Notes: generated from the letters alone by a model not told the origin. A stretch of 64,000 bases of DNA from Alloascoidea hylecoeti (GCA_001600815.1 BCKZ01000005.1:257532-321531), one strand, 5' to 3'. Counted from the stretch's first letter, positions 34,450 to 48,565 are shown. Made by a program: numbers and translations.

Positions 34450-36564
34450 TCTTATCTTTAGTTTTTACATATAAAGGTCTAGATATGGAACGAATAAAAG
34501 TTTGAAAATCTTTTAAATGGAGCTAAAAAACAAATCCTGCGAGTGATAGTATATTCCAATATTCTTGGCATGTTTTTTTACCGCTTTTTGAAGTTTCACT
34601 TAGAAGTGTAGTAACTATAATGTAATCAATATCAGATTTTTACCGAGTTAACCTTATAGAACTTTCAACTATAGTCACTATCTAGCTACATGTATAATGG
34701 CTTGTAAGTGCTGCATAATACTTTGTTGGCAAAATCTTAGAGACAAGATAATAGTAATATTTGAATTAATATTTGAATCAACAATATTATTCATAATAAT
34801 TTCAAAAACAGCAGCAATTGGTTCTGTTAGCTATTTCATCATTAATATTAATATAGTTCCTTCATAATTATCTTTAATAGTATCCATACCTTCAATAATC
34901 TGATATAGATTTAAAGGCTTTTTATCTGTAAATATAGCTCCAAAGGAAAGAATTGTTTGGGCTTGAGTTAATATCAAAGGATATTTTGTTGTTTGGCGGC
35001 TACCAAAGATTGTATGAATTTCCAATAATTACCAAAGAATATCAAATTTCTAGATAAACATATATCCATATAACATATCTAATTCACCTATTAAATTGAA
35101 ATTCTTCGGTAATGAATCTTTCTTCATTTCTACACCCTCTCTAAGGCTCATAATCTTTATTTCTATCTTGTGATGAGCTTTTCTGGGGAGATGTCGAATG
35201 AACTAAAATAAAAATGTTGAAATTCAGCCTATAGAAGTTTCACTGAGCATACGAATTTGCAAGATTTCTGAAAAATTAAACGTATTCCACACTGCAGCTA
35301 CTTCTCGCTCGTGATTAAAAGGATAAAGCCCCTCTATTCAGACTATCAAAGCTTATTATAGAAAGTCAATAAATACACATAGCTCCACAAGGCGCTTTGC
35401 ACGTTTGGTGCTTGCCGACCGTGATTTTTCGTTGGAAAATATCGCGCAACAATGCCCAGATGCGATGCCGAAAACAGCTCTACCTTGTTTGGCGAGAGTT
35501 TTAGGGACAAAATAATACTCTTGTAAGATAATGCTCATATTCACAATGGGGGTAATGTTATGCTGTGGTTTTAAGAGGGAGGAATTAAAGCGATAGTTCA
35601 GATCGGAACCCAATTGAGAAGATGAGAAAAATAATCATCGGCAAAATTGAACCAGCCTTCATAAAACTACAGGGAATCAAAATATAGAGAAGGCAGATGA
35701 AATAATTAGGGAGAAGAGATCTAAGTCTCACTTTTCTTACATACTAAGTACCTTCCTACTTTAATAGAATATGTGTAATTTATGAATGAATATATTTAAG
35801 AGGTGGTGCTATTTGGGAATCGAATGTCGAAAGCTGTACACGTACCTGGTATATATATAAAGCAAATTATACCCATGCTACAGCGCTAGCTATTTTTCAA
35901 TAAAAGCACACATTTAGGTAATGTTAAACATTTTAGTGATAATAATGTAGGCTATATGATTATCAATCATGATCCACTCCTTTGTCCTTTAGATGATTCA
36001 AATTTCAACATTGAATTCTTCTTTAGTGTCAGTCAGATTATGAGTCTTATGATTCAATTTTACATAAAGAAACAGCGAACGGAAAATTAAAATACATCAA
36101 AGATCAAATGCATCTTGTACAATAGCTATACGTGTTAGAATAAAATAGTTTTTTAATAAGATAGCTTCATGATATGGTGATCAGTGTAATCACTACTAAT
36201 CGGCCATGGATAGTGTATATATCTTAAGCTTCTGCAATATCAAATAATAAAGAATTTAAGTCAAAATTGATTAAATTAACCTTATTATATAATATGAAAA
36301 TAAAGAAACAAGAAAGTAATATGGTTTTAACGGAAATAAACGGTAAATTCCGTTGTTTCCATAATATTCCATAAGAATCCATATACAACGGAAAAATATG
36401 CTTAAATATAATCAATCGCAAAATATGTAGATCTATAGGCTTTATATAAGATCTTATATATATACCTCTCCTGTTATCAATTCCTTCTGTCAAAAGAAAA
36501 AATTAGGTTAAATTAATACTAAAAAAGTCTAAATTATCAATCCAATTATATCAAAACAATAGCA

Positions 36565-37605
36565 ATGGAGTATACAAATCTTGGAAATTCAGGTCTTAAA
36601 ATCTCAAAGATTGTTGTGGGATGCATGTCTTATGGTTCTCAATCGTGGAGTCCTCCTTGGGTTCTTGAAGATGAAGAAAGAGTCTTTTCAATTTTAAAGA
36701 AAGCATATGATCTTGGTCTTAGAACCTTCGATACTGCTGATACTTATAGTAATGGACAATCAGAAATTCTTTTAGGAAAATTCTTGAAGAAATATAACAT
36801 TAAAAGATCAACTGTTGTTATTTTAACAAAAGTTTTCTTCCTTTGTGATCCAGAAAAAAAACCTTATATGTTTGGATTGGGGGATATAATGAAAAAAGGT
36901 CAATTAGATGAATTGTACTTAAACCAATATGGATTATCAAGAAAACATATTATGGATGCTGTTGATGGATCAGTTGAAAGATTAGGTACCTATATTGACG
37001 TTCTTCAAATTCATAGGTATGATCCTTCAACACCAAAAGAAGAAACAATGAAAGCTCTCCATGATGTTGTCCAAAGTGGAAAGGTTAGGTACATTGGAGC
37101 TTCAACAATGCGGACATATCAATTTGCTCAATTACAATTTACTGCAGAAAAGAATGGATGGACTAAATTCATCTCAATGCAAAATTTATATAATTTAGTT
37201 GACAGAGATGAAGAAAGAGAAATGATTCCATTTTGTAAAGAAACAGGAGTTGGTTTAATCCCTTGGTCTCCATTAGCAGGCGGTATTTTAGCACGTCCAG
37301 TATCAGAAAAATTATCCACCGCGAGAGGTGACAGTGTAGCAACCTCAGTGTTCTATAGTGTGGAATCAAAACCAAGAGATACAATTATCGATAGAGTAGA
37401 AGAGATCTCCAAGAAGAGAAATATACCAATGTCGCAAATTGCTCTTTCCTGGGTGATTCATAAAGGTGTCTCGCCTATCGTTGGATTAAATAAAGAGTCA
37501 AGAATTGATGATGCAATTGCTGCTTTGAAAGTTAGGCTAACAGATGAAGAGATTAAATATTTGGAAGAGCCTTATGTTGCAAAGCCTCCAAAGGGTCTTT
37601 ATTGA
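36565..37605 (+). CDS. Aldo-keto reductase (aryl-alcohol dehydrogenase-like, YPL088W/IFD/CSH1 type)
   Basis: [66 protein letters not shown]; catalytic D/Y/K/H present. Confidence 0.95.
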   Translation: MEYTNLGNSGLKISKIVVGCMSYGSQSWSPPWVLEDEERVFSILKKAYDLGLRTFDTADTYSNGQSEILLGKFLKKYNIKRSTVVILTKVFFLCDPEKKPYMFGLGDIMKKGQLDELYLNQYGLSRKHIMDAVDGSVERLGTYIDVLQIHRYDPSTPKEETMKALHDVVQSGKVRYIGASTMRTYQFAQLQFTAEKNGWTKFISMQNLYNLVDRDEEREMIPFCKETGVGLIPWSPLAGGILARPVSEKLSTARGDSVATSVFYSVESKPRDTIIDRVEEISKKRNIPMSQIALSWVIHKGVSPIVGLNKESRIDDAIAALKVRLTDEEIKYLEEPYVAKPPKGLY

Positions 37606-38832
37606 TTCTTATGTATAATTAATTACAGTTGAAAATTAATGCTAGTGTATAGCTGACTCTCTTTTGAATTTATCAATTAAATCTTAAATGAATACCATTA
37701 TGAATACCATTATCAATTGCGATATCATTCGTTAGAGATTGTGATTTACATAGAACTTTCTAATTATAGTAGATTATGCTTCACCAGATCACGAAGATTT
37801 TTAAATGTTTTTTAAATTTATTCTCCAATCGCAATTTCAAATTAGGTGTTTGAATATTTTCCCCCGATGAACTCAAAATCAGCTATATGAGATATACTTA
37901 TCTTATTCCATTATAAGGGATCCAATAGAAAATAGCTAACTAACTAACTTATCACTAAACCGCGATACTCGCTCTATACTATGTGGTAGTATAAAGCTTA
38001 GATCTTAGGAAGAAGCACTAGATCTAATTGGACCAATCATACCATAAACCATTAATCCAAAACTTGGGCCACTTAGTTTGAAGATTAGGCAAAAGTTTTT
38101 TAAGTATATATTTATAAATCAATGAGGAGTTGATTGATAGTTGCCTTTAATTAGTATAAACTTATTAATCTTAAGGATTTCGACCAAAAAATGATCTTGA
38201 AATAGAATTAAAAATTCTTTCACTTGAAATGGGATCAAATTTTCCAAAGATTCAAATACAAATATCTTTATCACCTAAATTAATATAATATTGAATATAG
38301 ATATTGATTAGTAAAATTACACATCAAGAGTATAAATTTTATAGTTAAATTTTGATTTAAACATGCATATAATTATGTGAATCATGGAATCTTCTTACAT
38401 GTGTGATATCGATAGGGGAAATACCAATTAATTACCCAGCACATACTTCCATGAGAATATAAAGTAACCAATTATACACTGTATAAGGCCTGGGTCTATA
38501 TCATGAATAAATAGTTTAATGGTTATAATGTTTATGATTCATTATATGACTAAAGATATGAAGTGGGGTTACTAGAAATGTTTGATAATAACCAAAGCGG
38601 AGTTAGGAATTAACAAATTTTTTGATGCATTTATCCATAAAATTATGGATTTACAGGAAAACAAATTTTCCATAAATTATATAATATAACACTTTGAGTG
38701 TATTATAGAGTAAAACTTATAAATATGATACATTGTGCAATATCAATTCAACTAGTTCAAGGATTGAAATAAGTCTAGTTAAAGAATTGATCATTAAAAC
38801 ATTCACAATCAAAGTATAAAATCAATTACAAA

Positions 38833-39873
38833 ATGGAATATCAAAATCTTGGAAATTCAGGTCTTAAGATCTCTAAAATTATTATGGGCTGTATGTCCTT
38901 TGGTGAGAAATCATGGGCTGATTGGATTATTGAAGATGAGGAAAAAGTATTATCAATAATGAAAAAAGCTTATGATGTTGGCCTCAGAACATATGATACT
39001 GCAGATACTTATAGTAATGGAAAATCAGAAATCTTATTAGGAAAATTCCTTAAAAAGTATTCAATCAAAAGATCAACTGTTGTTATTTTAACTAAATGCT
39101 ACTTTATTTCTAATTCTATTGATAAACCACCTTCCCTTATTGTAGGTGCCTTAGAATCTGGACCTGTTAATCCAAGACAGGAGTATGTTAATCAAGTTGG
39201 ATTATCAAGGAAACATATAATGGACGCAGTAGATTCCTCTATTGAAAGACTTGGAACTTATATAGATGTATACCAAATTCATAGATTGGACCACACAACA
39301 CCAAAGTTAGAGATTATGACCGCTTTAGATGATGTCGTCAGATCTGGAAAAGTTCGTTACATTGGAGCTTCAAGTATGAGAGGTGTTGAATTTGCACAAT
39401 TACAATTCACAGCAGAGAAACATAACTTGACAAAATTCATCTCTATGCAAAATCAATATAGTTTATTATACAGAGAAGAAGAAAGAGAAATGATTCCATT
39501 TTGTAATGAAACGGGAGTTGGTATTATTCCTTATTCACCACTTGCTAAAGGAATTTTAGCACGTCCTATTCAGGAAAAAGAAAATTCTTTACGGGGTCAT
39601 ACTGATAATATCATTAAAAAAACTTTTTTGGATACTTCAGATTCCCTAAATGAAATTCATAGGAGAGTTGAAAAGGTAGCCAAAGACAAAGGAGTTTTAA
39701 TGTCTCAAGTTGCAACAGCTTATGTTCTTTCTAAAGGAATGTGTCCTATTATTGGGTTTAATAGTGAGAAAAGAATTGATGAGGCTGTTGAAGCGCTTAA
39801 AGTGGTTCTTAGTGCTGAAGAGATCAAATACTTGGAAGAGCCATATACTCCTCAAAATACTTTTGGTTTCTAA
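38833..39873 (+). CDS. Aldo-keto reductase, tandem paralog of 36565-37605
   Basis: Same motifs (YDTADTYSNG, YIDVYQIHR, PYSPLAKG); same 346-aa length; loops diverged. Confidence 0.95.
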   Translation: MEYQNLGNSGLKISKIIMGCMSFGEKSWADWIIEDEEKVLSIMKKAYDVGLRTYDTADTYSNGKSEILLGKFLKKYSIKRSTVVILTKCYFISNSIDKPPSLIVGALESGPVNPRQEYVNQVGLSRKHIMDAVDSSIERLGTYIDVYQIHRLDHTTPKLEIMTALDDVVRSGKVRYIGASSMRGVEFAQLQFTAEKHNLTKFISMQNQYSLLYREEEREMIPFCNETGVGIIPYSPLAKGILARPIQEKENSLRGHTDNIIKKTFLDTSDSLNEIHRRVEKVAKDKGVLMSQVATAYVLSKGMCPIIGFNSEKRIDEAVEALKVVLSAEEIKYLEEPYTPQNTFGF

Positions 39874-41063
39874 TTTCTAATATACCTATTGACGATCAGT
39901 ACTGGTAACTTACATACGTATATAAAGCTCCTCTAGAATCTTTAATAAAATCGATTCGACGACATGAATATTGGTAAACATAAGGAAGTCAGAGTATGTA
40001 GGTTTTATAGTATGAAAAATGGTACAAAATGTAAAAAGTGATTCCTCATAGAGAGACAGTCGTTTGTGAGATTAGGAGCGCTAATACTAAATAAAAAACA
40101 TAAGATGTAATCTTCCTCAGACTATTAGGCATCTAGGATATCTAGGATTCACGGAGCGTTGTGAAGTATTTTAAAAACAAATCTTAAGACCTTGTAGACA
40201 ATGTGGGGTGTACTCATTAACTGGTTAAAACCTTGCCCTGGCCGTTTGTATGTGAGTGGTGATGACCAGTAAAGGCGCCAGTTTATTTTGATCCAGCTGT
40301 AAGGTACACCTTAGTTTACAATTGAGCATCCCAGATCAATATGATGATCATGATCCACTCTAGCTTATAAAATTTCACAAATATATATATTAACTTTTAC
40401 TTAGTGTGTACACAGTTTAGACTTTATAAACCCAATCCGTAAGTTGATTGATTACCAGAAAGAAGTTAGCTGCAGAGCTTTTAAATTGGAATTTTGTAAG
40501 GATATTAATATTTTTTTTATTTTTTTTTTATATATATATTTTTTTGTTGTCGTAATTCTTTGACATTATGATTTTTTATATCCAATTGTAATATATACTC
40601 AATTGAAAATAGAAATTTAAACAGTAATAAAACTTTTGAAAAAAATGGTATTAAAGAAAGATAAAAAGAAAAGGGGGATTAAAATATAATTAAGAAGGTA
40701 CGAAAACTTAAAATAAATTAAAAATAATAAAAAAGAGGAGATGATACAGAATATAACATCATAAACAATAATAAAGACAATTGTAATGTTATATGAAAAT
40801 GCAGAATATACCATATATATAATGTTGTTTTAATGATAATGACATGTTGTGTTTAATTATAAAGATGAGGATAACAAAACACAAATTAAAAGAATACAAA
40901 ATAGAAAATAAAATTTTGAGCATGATAGAATAAAAAAAAAATATAAAAAACTTAAACCATTGAATTATTTCCGAAACAGTTGAGATCTAGTAAAAGATGT
41001 ATGAAATTTAGATATGCAAAAGTTTAACACTAGATCTATCCCGACAATTTAATATGAACTCCA

Positions 41064-42785
41064 TTATTCTCGCCTTGAATTATTAGAAGATGTATGAAAT
41101 AAACGTGGTTTAAATTGGATTTCTTGTAATTGAAATTGATTCGTTTTACCATCATTATAATTACTTAATGGTATTGATGATTTATACGATTTTATAACCT
41201 CTTCCAATCTTCTCCTTTCATGTTGTTCTTTTGATAATTCTTTATTATGTTTTCTGTTTAAATCTGTTACCATTTTCCTAAATTCATGTCGTAATATTGT
41301 AACGCTTGTTCCTCCTGGACTTAACATTTGTGAAGATGAGCTACTAAAAGGAGACTTCGATGATTCATCAGAATGATTCGATAAAGCCGATCCCGGCGTA
41401 GTAGGCCTAGATGATAACCATCCACCTGAAGCGTAATATGAACCTTCATTATGTTCTTGTTGACCCATATGTTCTAATTTATAATTTAATAAAGTTGATT
41501 TAGATTCAGTTAATTCATCATTTGTTTTATCGATAATTGAATTTAATTTAGATATTTCTATTTCTGAATCAATTGTTTGTTGTGTCATATTTTCAAGGTT
41601 GTCAATAGCCTCAAATAATTCATTTTCCATTTTATCACATTTTGTTTTCCATTCAGAAACAGATTTCTTAAAACTTGATCTCTCATCATCATATTGTCTT
41701 TGTAAGAATAAATATTGATATTTTAATTCTTTTATTGTTTTTTGTAAATCTTTTGTTAAAATTTCTCTATTATCTAATTGTCTTTGGGTTGTACTTAACA
41801 TTCTTTGAAGTTTTTGAAATGAGGAAAGGGTATCATTACCTCTATAACCAGCAGTTGTTCTAATCGAAGTATGATTTCTTCCTTTTGTAATTTCATTTCT
41901 GGCATTGGAGATAATTGGAGAAGTTTGGTCGGTGATTATAGTATCAACTTCACTAGTAGATGAAGCACTTGAAGAATGAGAAGAAGGAGTATCAAAGGCA
42001 TCATGATCGGGTTCATATTCACAGATACTCATAGGATAATCCATTGGCTTTGACATGGATTTCTGCATAACATCCCGACTTGTTGATTTATTTAATTTGG
42101 AGAATCGTTGTTCCGAAACATCCAAATTCGTTACTAGCAAATCGATTAAATGTTTAGTTTGGCCACATGGATCTTCCATATCGATACCTTCGAAAGTGAT
42201 GTGAATGTCTCTACTTGCTAAAATAGAAGCCAAATAACCATTTATTCGATCGACTTTCCCGGCTTCGTTGTCTTGGTCTACAGGAGTTGGAGTAGCAGCA
42301 GTGTTATACATTGAGGAGCCCGGGTTTGGGTTGAGCGAGCATCCGAGGGTCAAACACCCGATACAATGGTTCAGCATCCGGGCTCGGAGTTCTTCTGTGG
42401 GGCGCAGTAACAGTTGTTGCTTAAGATCGTTGAACTCGTCTGCAGCCAGCAATTGATATGTAACCCGATCATCTTTCCGAACATCCTTGGCTTGTCCACC
42501 TCCAAAAGCACAAGACATGAACACTATCGACTCTTCAACGAGATGATGTATCAAGACTGATAATGTGAAGACGGACCTCGAATTTTGTATTATTTCTTCC
42601 AACTCTGGTGATAGTTGTATATTTAGTTGTTTTAAATCGACACCAAGTAAAGTTTGTTGCCTCTGTATGCCCCTCGGAGTCAGGTACAATGAGCCAAAAG
42701 ATTCTGTGACGACCTGGACAGGTCTAAAAGGTTCGGAATGAACATTATTCGAGTCCCATAATTTGAATGGAGAAGATGCCAGCAT
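41064..42785 (-). CDS. Coiled-coil protein with Uds1 (up-regulated during septation)-like segment
   Basis: YQLLAADEFNDLKQQL...RMLNHCIGCLTL resembles the Uds1 domain; C-terminal ILRHEFRKMV...EQHERRRLEE resembles the conserved tail of that fungal family. First ATG at 42785. Confidence 0.6.
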   Translation of the reverse strand: MLASSPFKLWDSNNVHSEPFRPVQVVTESFGSLYLTPRGIQRQQTLLGVDLKQLNIQLSPELEEIIQNSRSVFTLSVLIHHLVEESIVFMSCAFGGGQAKDVRKDDRVTYQLLAADEFNDLKQQLLLRPTEELRARMLNHCIGCLTLGCSLNPNPGSSMYNTAATPTPVDQDNEAGKVDRINGYLASILASRDIHITFEGIDMEDPCGQTKHLIDLLVTNLDVSEQRFSKLNKSTSRDVMQKSMSKPMDYPMSICEYEPDHDAFDTPSSHSSSASSTSEVDTIITDQTSPIISNARNEITKGRNHTSIRTTAGYRGNDTLSSFQKLQRMLSTTQRQLDNREILTKDLQKTIKELKYQYLFLQRQYDDERSSFKKSVSEWKTKCDKMENELFEAIDNLENMTQQTIDSEIEISKLNSIIDKTNDELTESKSTLLNYKLEHMGQQEHNEGSYYASGGWLSSRPTTPGSALSNHSDESSKSPFSSSSSQMLSPGGTSVTILRHEFRKMVTDLNRKHNKELSKEQHERRRLEEVIKSYKSSIPLSNYNDGKTNQFQLQEIQFKPRLFHTSSNNSRRE

Positions 42786-43328
42786 TATAGTCAAAAAATG
42801 AACATCAAGAATTGAAAAAAAGGAGTATATATATTTTTTTCCCAGGAAAGTTAAAAGTTTGAAGATCTAGAATTAGATTAGAATAAAATTTGAATTAAAC
42901 GAGTGTGGTGGAATTCAAAAAGACACTAGTAAAATCGTAGTATAAAATGGAAAACTCTCAATTGCAAATTAAACTGCCTTATAATAATTTAGTTACGAGA
43001 AACTCGCGTTTTATTTAAAAACATTCTGGATAAATATTATAATTGTAAATGTATAAACAAATCCCTAATGAGTCCTAGCGATCGCTTTTTTAGTACGCGC
43101 TTTTGCTACAGAATATATAATAGGTTAATAAAGGCTTTAGTAGTCATGTTGATTCTATTAAGTTATTTACAATTATTATAAAATCTAAAAACTACGCGTA
43201 TCCTTGTAAATTGTCTAATTTATAATTATAAAAAAGTAATAGAAATTTTTTATTTTCACCTACTTACATTACAAACACAAAAACACAAACATAATTTAAG
43301 TTTATTTTATTTTATTATTTTTTATTTT

Positions 43329-45299
43329 TTATATCTTTCGTGAGGAACTCGTTGCATTTGACGACCTTCCAAAATCTGGTCGAGAGTGTCTTTTAATAGA
43401 ATCTTTTGCCTTTTTAAAAACAAATTTGGACATTAAAGGAATATGATCACTTGGATTATGAACATTTGGAAACCCAATAACATGTTTTAAATAATCTTTA
43501 TCAACTTGTCCTAATAATCCTCGAACTGATAATGTTGGGGGTGAATACCAAATATAATCAATAACATCTGTAAAATTTGGTGTATAATTCGTAAATGGTA
43601 ATTCTCCAATGTTTTCATAAGATGACTTTAAATTGAAATTATGATGGAAACCTTCTTGTGTAAAAGTACCGTAATCCCTACCTTCAACATCTTTATGCTT
43701 ATGAACTGAGCCTGATGAAAATAATTGATAAACAGCGCTATGTCTTTGTGAATTAAAATCTCCACAGATTATCATAGGAATCTTTTTGTTATCACTATAT
43801 TTAATCCCGTCATGAGAAATAACTGATTTAGAAGAATATTGTTGCGATAATGCTTGTAATTCATCAAGTAAAGCACCAACTTGTAACAATTTAACATCAT
43901 TAAAAGCGGGATCCCAATATAAATGTGTATTTGTAAGAATCAATTTTTGTCCTGATTCTTTATGTTCTACAAAAGTAACCAAAGCAACATTATCTTTATT
44001 CATTACGCGATTAAAAACATCATCAGTCTTTTTGAATTTCTCTTTACCCATTACAATTCTTGTAAATTCAATTGGATGTTTATCAATCAATTTAAATTTA
44101 TCTTTTCTAATAAAAGTTGCACAACCATCAACTTTTTTTGCATCTTTTTCAGACATTGTTTTAGATCTTGTTTTTGGATAAAAATATCCACTAAAACCTT
44201 TTTCTTCAAGAATTGGTTTCCAAAATTCTTCAAAAGTTTTAGTTTCAACTTCTTGTAAACAAATAAGATCAGCATCAGCATCTAAAACTTCATTTTTTAA
44301 ATTATCTCTTCTATAATTCCAATCCAACGCCCAAGATGGTGTATATCTATACATTTTAGATGTTGCATAATGTTGACAAAGTGTATTATAACTAAGTAAA
44401 GTAAAAGAATTTTGTTTTTCTTCAACTTCTTCAACTTCTTCTTCCGTTGTAACATCAGTTGTTTTACCAGTAATTTCACCATCTCTTAAAAGAATCCATT
44501 CTCTTTTAGCAGGTGGTAAAGATTCAGGAGCTTTATCTCTCAAATTAACAATTAATTCTCTAGTACCACCAGTTGCTAAAATTTTAACAAGATCCGAATT
44601 TAATGGATTACCTTGTAATCCTAAAAATTCTAATAAAAATAAATTACCAAATTCATAAGGTAATGTAGTAAGTTCATTATCAAATAAATAAAAAAATCTT
44701 AAATTAAATAGTGTACCTAATTCAGGTGGTAAAATTGATAAATTATTATTTGATAAATCTAAAACTCTTAAATATTTTAATTTTGAAATTGATGATGGAA
44801 TTGTTTTAATTTTATTACCATTTAAATATAATTTTTGTAAAAAATCATATCTAAATAATGATTCTGATAAATTTAAAATTTGTTGACCACTTAAATCTAA
44901 TGCACACCAAAATTGTTTATTAACTTCTTCATTTTTCATTCTTTGAATCCCATCTTCTGTTTCATCATCATTATTATTATTACTATTTGTTGTTGAATGT
45001 TGTTTCTTTTGTATTACTACTTCTGGTTGATGGATTAATTCTCTTGTTATTTCAACCAATGTATTACCAGCATTTGTAGCTTTATTAGCATTTGGAGTAA
45101 AAACATTTTTTAGATTTTTGCGAGAACTTGTAGCTGCTGCTCTAGCATATGTATGTGGATCATTAGATTTCCTTGAAATCTCACATAATTGAATTTGATG
45201 TTCCCAATAAATACTTGAAGCTAGCGATGGATCAATATCTGTTGTTAGTGGTGATACTTCTTGAATAGGAATCTGCTGTTGATCTTGTGGTCCATTCGT

Positions 45300-45334
<35 letters not shown>

Positions 45335-45560
45335 GCTGTTGTTGTTGCTGCTGCTGCTGTTGTTGTTGTTGTTGGAAATGGTTTCCATATATCATACCAT
45401 TATCATTTAAGTTATTTCCATTTAATGATTGAATATTCTGATTAGATAAATCGTTTAGTCCGCCATATTGATGTTGTTGTTGATGTTGTTGTTGTTGTTG
45501 CATCTGTTGTAATAACATCTGTGGTGGCGGTTGTGATTGATACTTTGGTCCAAGATTCAT
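43329..45560 (-). CDS. CCR4: CCR4-NOT deadenylase subunit Ccr4
   Basis: Poly-Q N-terminus, PHTYARAAA, leucine-rich repeats, EEP nuclease motifs SYNTLCQHYAT, CLQEVE, NTHLYWDP, CGDFNS, IDYIWY, PSDHIPL. Confidence 0.97.
45300..45374. repeat. (CAA/CAG)n coding poly-Gln tract in CCR4
   Basis: Direct (TTG/CTG)n on the + strand. Confidence 0.9.
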
Positions 45561-46964
45561 ATTGTTATATTTATTTAATTATTTAATTGTAGTTTTAGTT
45601 TTTTTTCTTGTAAATTTAGAATTTTGTGATTTATATTTATGTGATTATTGAATATAAGATTGTAAATTAGTTCGTATTATCATGGAATTAAAAAAAGAAC
45701 CTCATAAATTGTCTAAAGCCAAGGCAAAAGTAATATTATTTATTTAATAACAACGAAAGCTAACAAAATAGAAATATTTTTGTTTTTAAAAATGAATTTG
45801 TTGTTTGCAATAAAAAGAAGCAATTATGGAAAAGCTGTTCAATAATCAGGGGATTTGGAAGTTGTTTAAATAGCGCTATGTTGTCTTTTGTTAAATTATC
45901 TGAAAAAGATCTCATTGATTAGTATTCATAATGTAAAAGTATCAATTCTTTGAAAGATAGAAAATATACGCGAGATTTAATCTTTAGATGTTGATGATAT
46001 GAAACACGAAAAACGCTTAGTTGTCTCTTATATAGATGTACCGACAACAAAAATAAATCCCTTTGAATAAATACATATCGTCATCATCCATCAATCCGTG
46101 TATCCCATTAACTTTAAACATAAAACCAAAAAAAAGAAGTAGCAAAATTACTCACAATTCACTCAATTTCGAGATAATAATTGTTTATAAGAACTCGAAG
46201 ATGTTTGTGACTGCATCAAAAGTGAAGCCAAAGAGTCACAATATGATGACTAAGCATATGGTCAGCATGCCATAGTTAATATATGTCACATGACCACCAC
46301 GTTTAGCTGCCATAATATTAACGAAGAACCTAGTTATTATTTATCTCATCCATAAATAAAGGATGAAAGAACTTTATTCACGAATCTTAATTGTCATGTT
46401 AAGGATAATTTGTTTTTAGAAACACGTTTTTGACCAAGTTTGTTCGTAAACAGCGAAATAAATCATAATTGGCGACGAAAATGGATTGACAAAGAAAGTC
46501 CAATGTATTTTCTCTGGACTGTACGAACTCATTTTCCTATAATATAGCAATTCTACACGACGTCATGATCAATGATGATACTTCACTTCGTATACTTTGT
46601 AGTATGTAGTACTTAGATTCATAATTATATCTAATTGTAAAAGATATTGCAATAGATATTCTATATGGGGTTAATATGTTATCTCAATTGCTGTATATAC
46701 AAATATTAGCAATCCAAACAACAACATCATATGAAATTCACACACGATTTAGTTAGATCTATACTACTAAATATATAAAAATAAAAAAATCATCAAACAT
46801 AGCAGGAGCAAACAACAATTACAACAGGTAAAACATGAAATATCTAGTATTTTAAATTTATTTTATAATATATCACGATAATGTATGCTGGTGTTAATCA
46901 TAAAAACAAAAAGCAAAAGCAACAGTAACAATAAAAGCAATTTTAAAATTTCTAAAATTAGAAA

Positions 46965-47821
46965 TCAAAATGCTGTATTACTAGGAATAATAGATTGTGG
47001 CATATAAATAGTAATTGGTTTAGTTGATCTACCAAAAAACCATTTTGATTCTAATAATATATAACCTCTTATAATTAATTCAAAAGGATATTTTGAAATA
47101 ATATCCCATTTTGGATTATCAATTGTATTTTTAATTTGAATTTCTTTATTAATATTTGAACTTGTCATTTTAACTGTTCCAAAATTATTACTAATAATAC
47201 CAACTTCATTATCATATTTTTCTTTAATTTGTAAATTTTTTTGATGATTTGTATCTGTACATGTTGTAATATCATATGATGAAGATGTATTATATGAACC
47301 ATGATTTAAAAGTAATTTCATAGCACGGGTAAAACCTAATGATGATATACCAGGAAATTCTAAAGGTAATTCAAAGGATTCAACATTTCCTAATAAAACA
47401 GTTGAAGCAATATTTTGATTAATATTAAAATCATAATCATAATCATTATTAAAACTTCCAGGTTCAATAAATGATGATTTTGCAAATACTTCAATATTCA
47501 TTTTATTAATTTTAAAATTTATTAATCCAGTATTCTTTGCTTCAAAATTTAAATCATAAATTAACATTTCATTTGATACAATAACATTATTAATTTTTAA
47601 AATTTTAAAATTTTTTAAACTTGGTAATGATGAAAAATTAAATAATTGTAAAATTGATAAATTATAAATTGATAATAATAAAATTATTGATAAAATTATT
47701 AAAATCATTAATAATAAAAAATATGATGATAAATATTTTAAAAATTTAAAATTTAAAAAAAATATTGATGATGGTGATGAAGGTAATGGTGATGATTCAT
47801 AATCAAATGGGAATAATAAAC

Positions 47822-47863
<42 letters not shown>

Positions 47864-48512
47864 CATTATAATGTGGTACAAATGAATGTATATCATTTAA
47901 AAAAGGTGTTGATGATGAACGAATTTTAGATATATTATTTGAAAATGGTGTTGATGAAGAACGACCAGTTTTTGTAATTGATTGTCCATATAATGGTAAT
48001 TGTGGTAATGATGAATTTGGAATTAAAAAATTTGATCTTTTTGGTGATCCTCTTTTATTATTATCATTATTATTATTATTATTGTTAATAATTTGTGAAT
48101 CTCTTGAACTTTGACGTTTAGTATTCCTAACAATATAAGGAATAATTTTCTTTGAATTTCTATTATTTAAACAATTTTCAAATTCATCTGAACATTTATT
48201 TAAACAATCATTTGATTTTGAACGTATTTTATTCTTTTTTGTATTTTTATTTTGACATTGACTTTTTGGTGATATGCCTTTTAATATTTCAATTGAACTA
48301 TTTCTTGATTTAACTAATGATTCTTTTGAAGTTAATGCTTTTAAATTTGATCCTAAAACAGTTGAAACTCTACTCCAAATAGATTGTTTTGATGATGATG
48401 AATTACAATGATTTAAAGGTGTTATTTCATTATCATTTTCATCATTTTCATCATTTTCATTGTTATTTTCACTTCTTACATGAACTTCTATATCGTCATC
48501 ATCATCATTACT

Positions 48513-48565
<53 letters not shown>

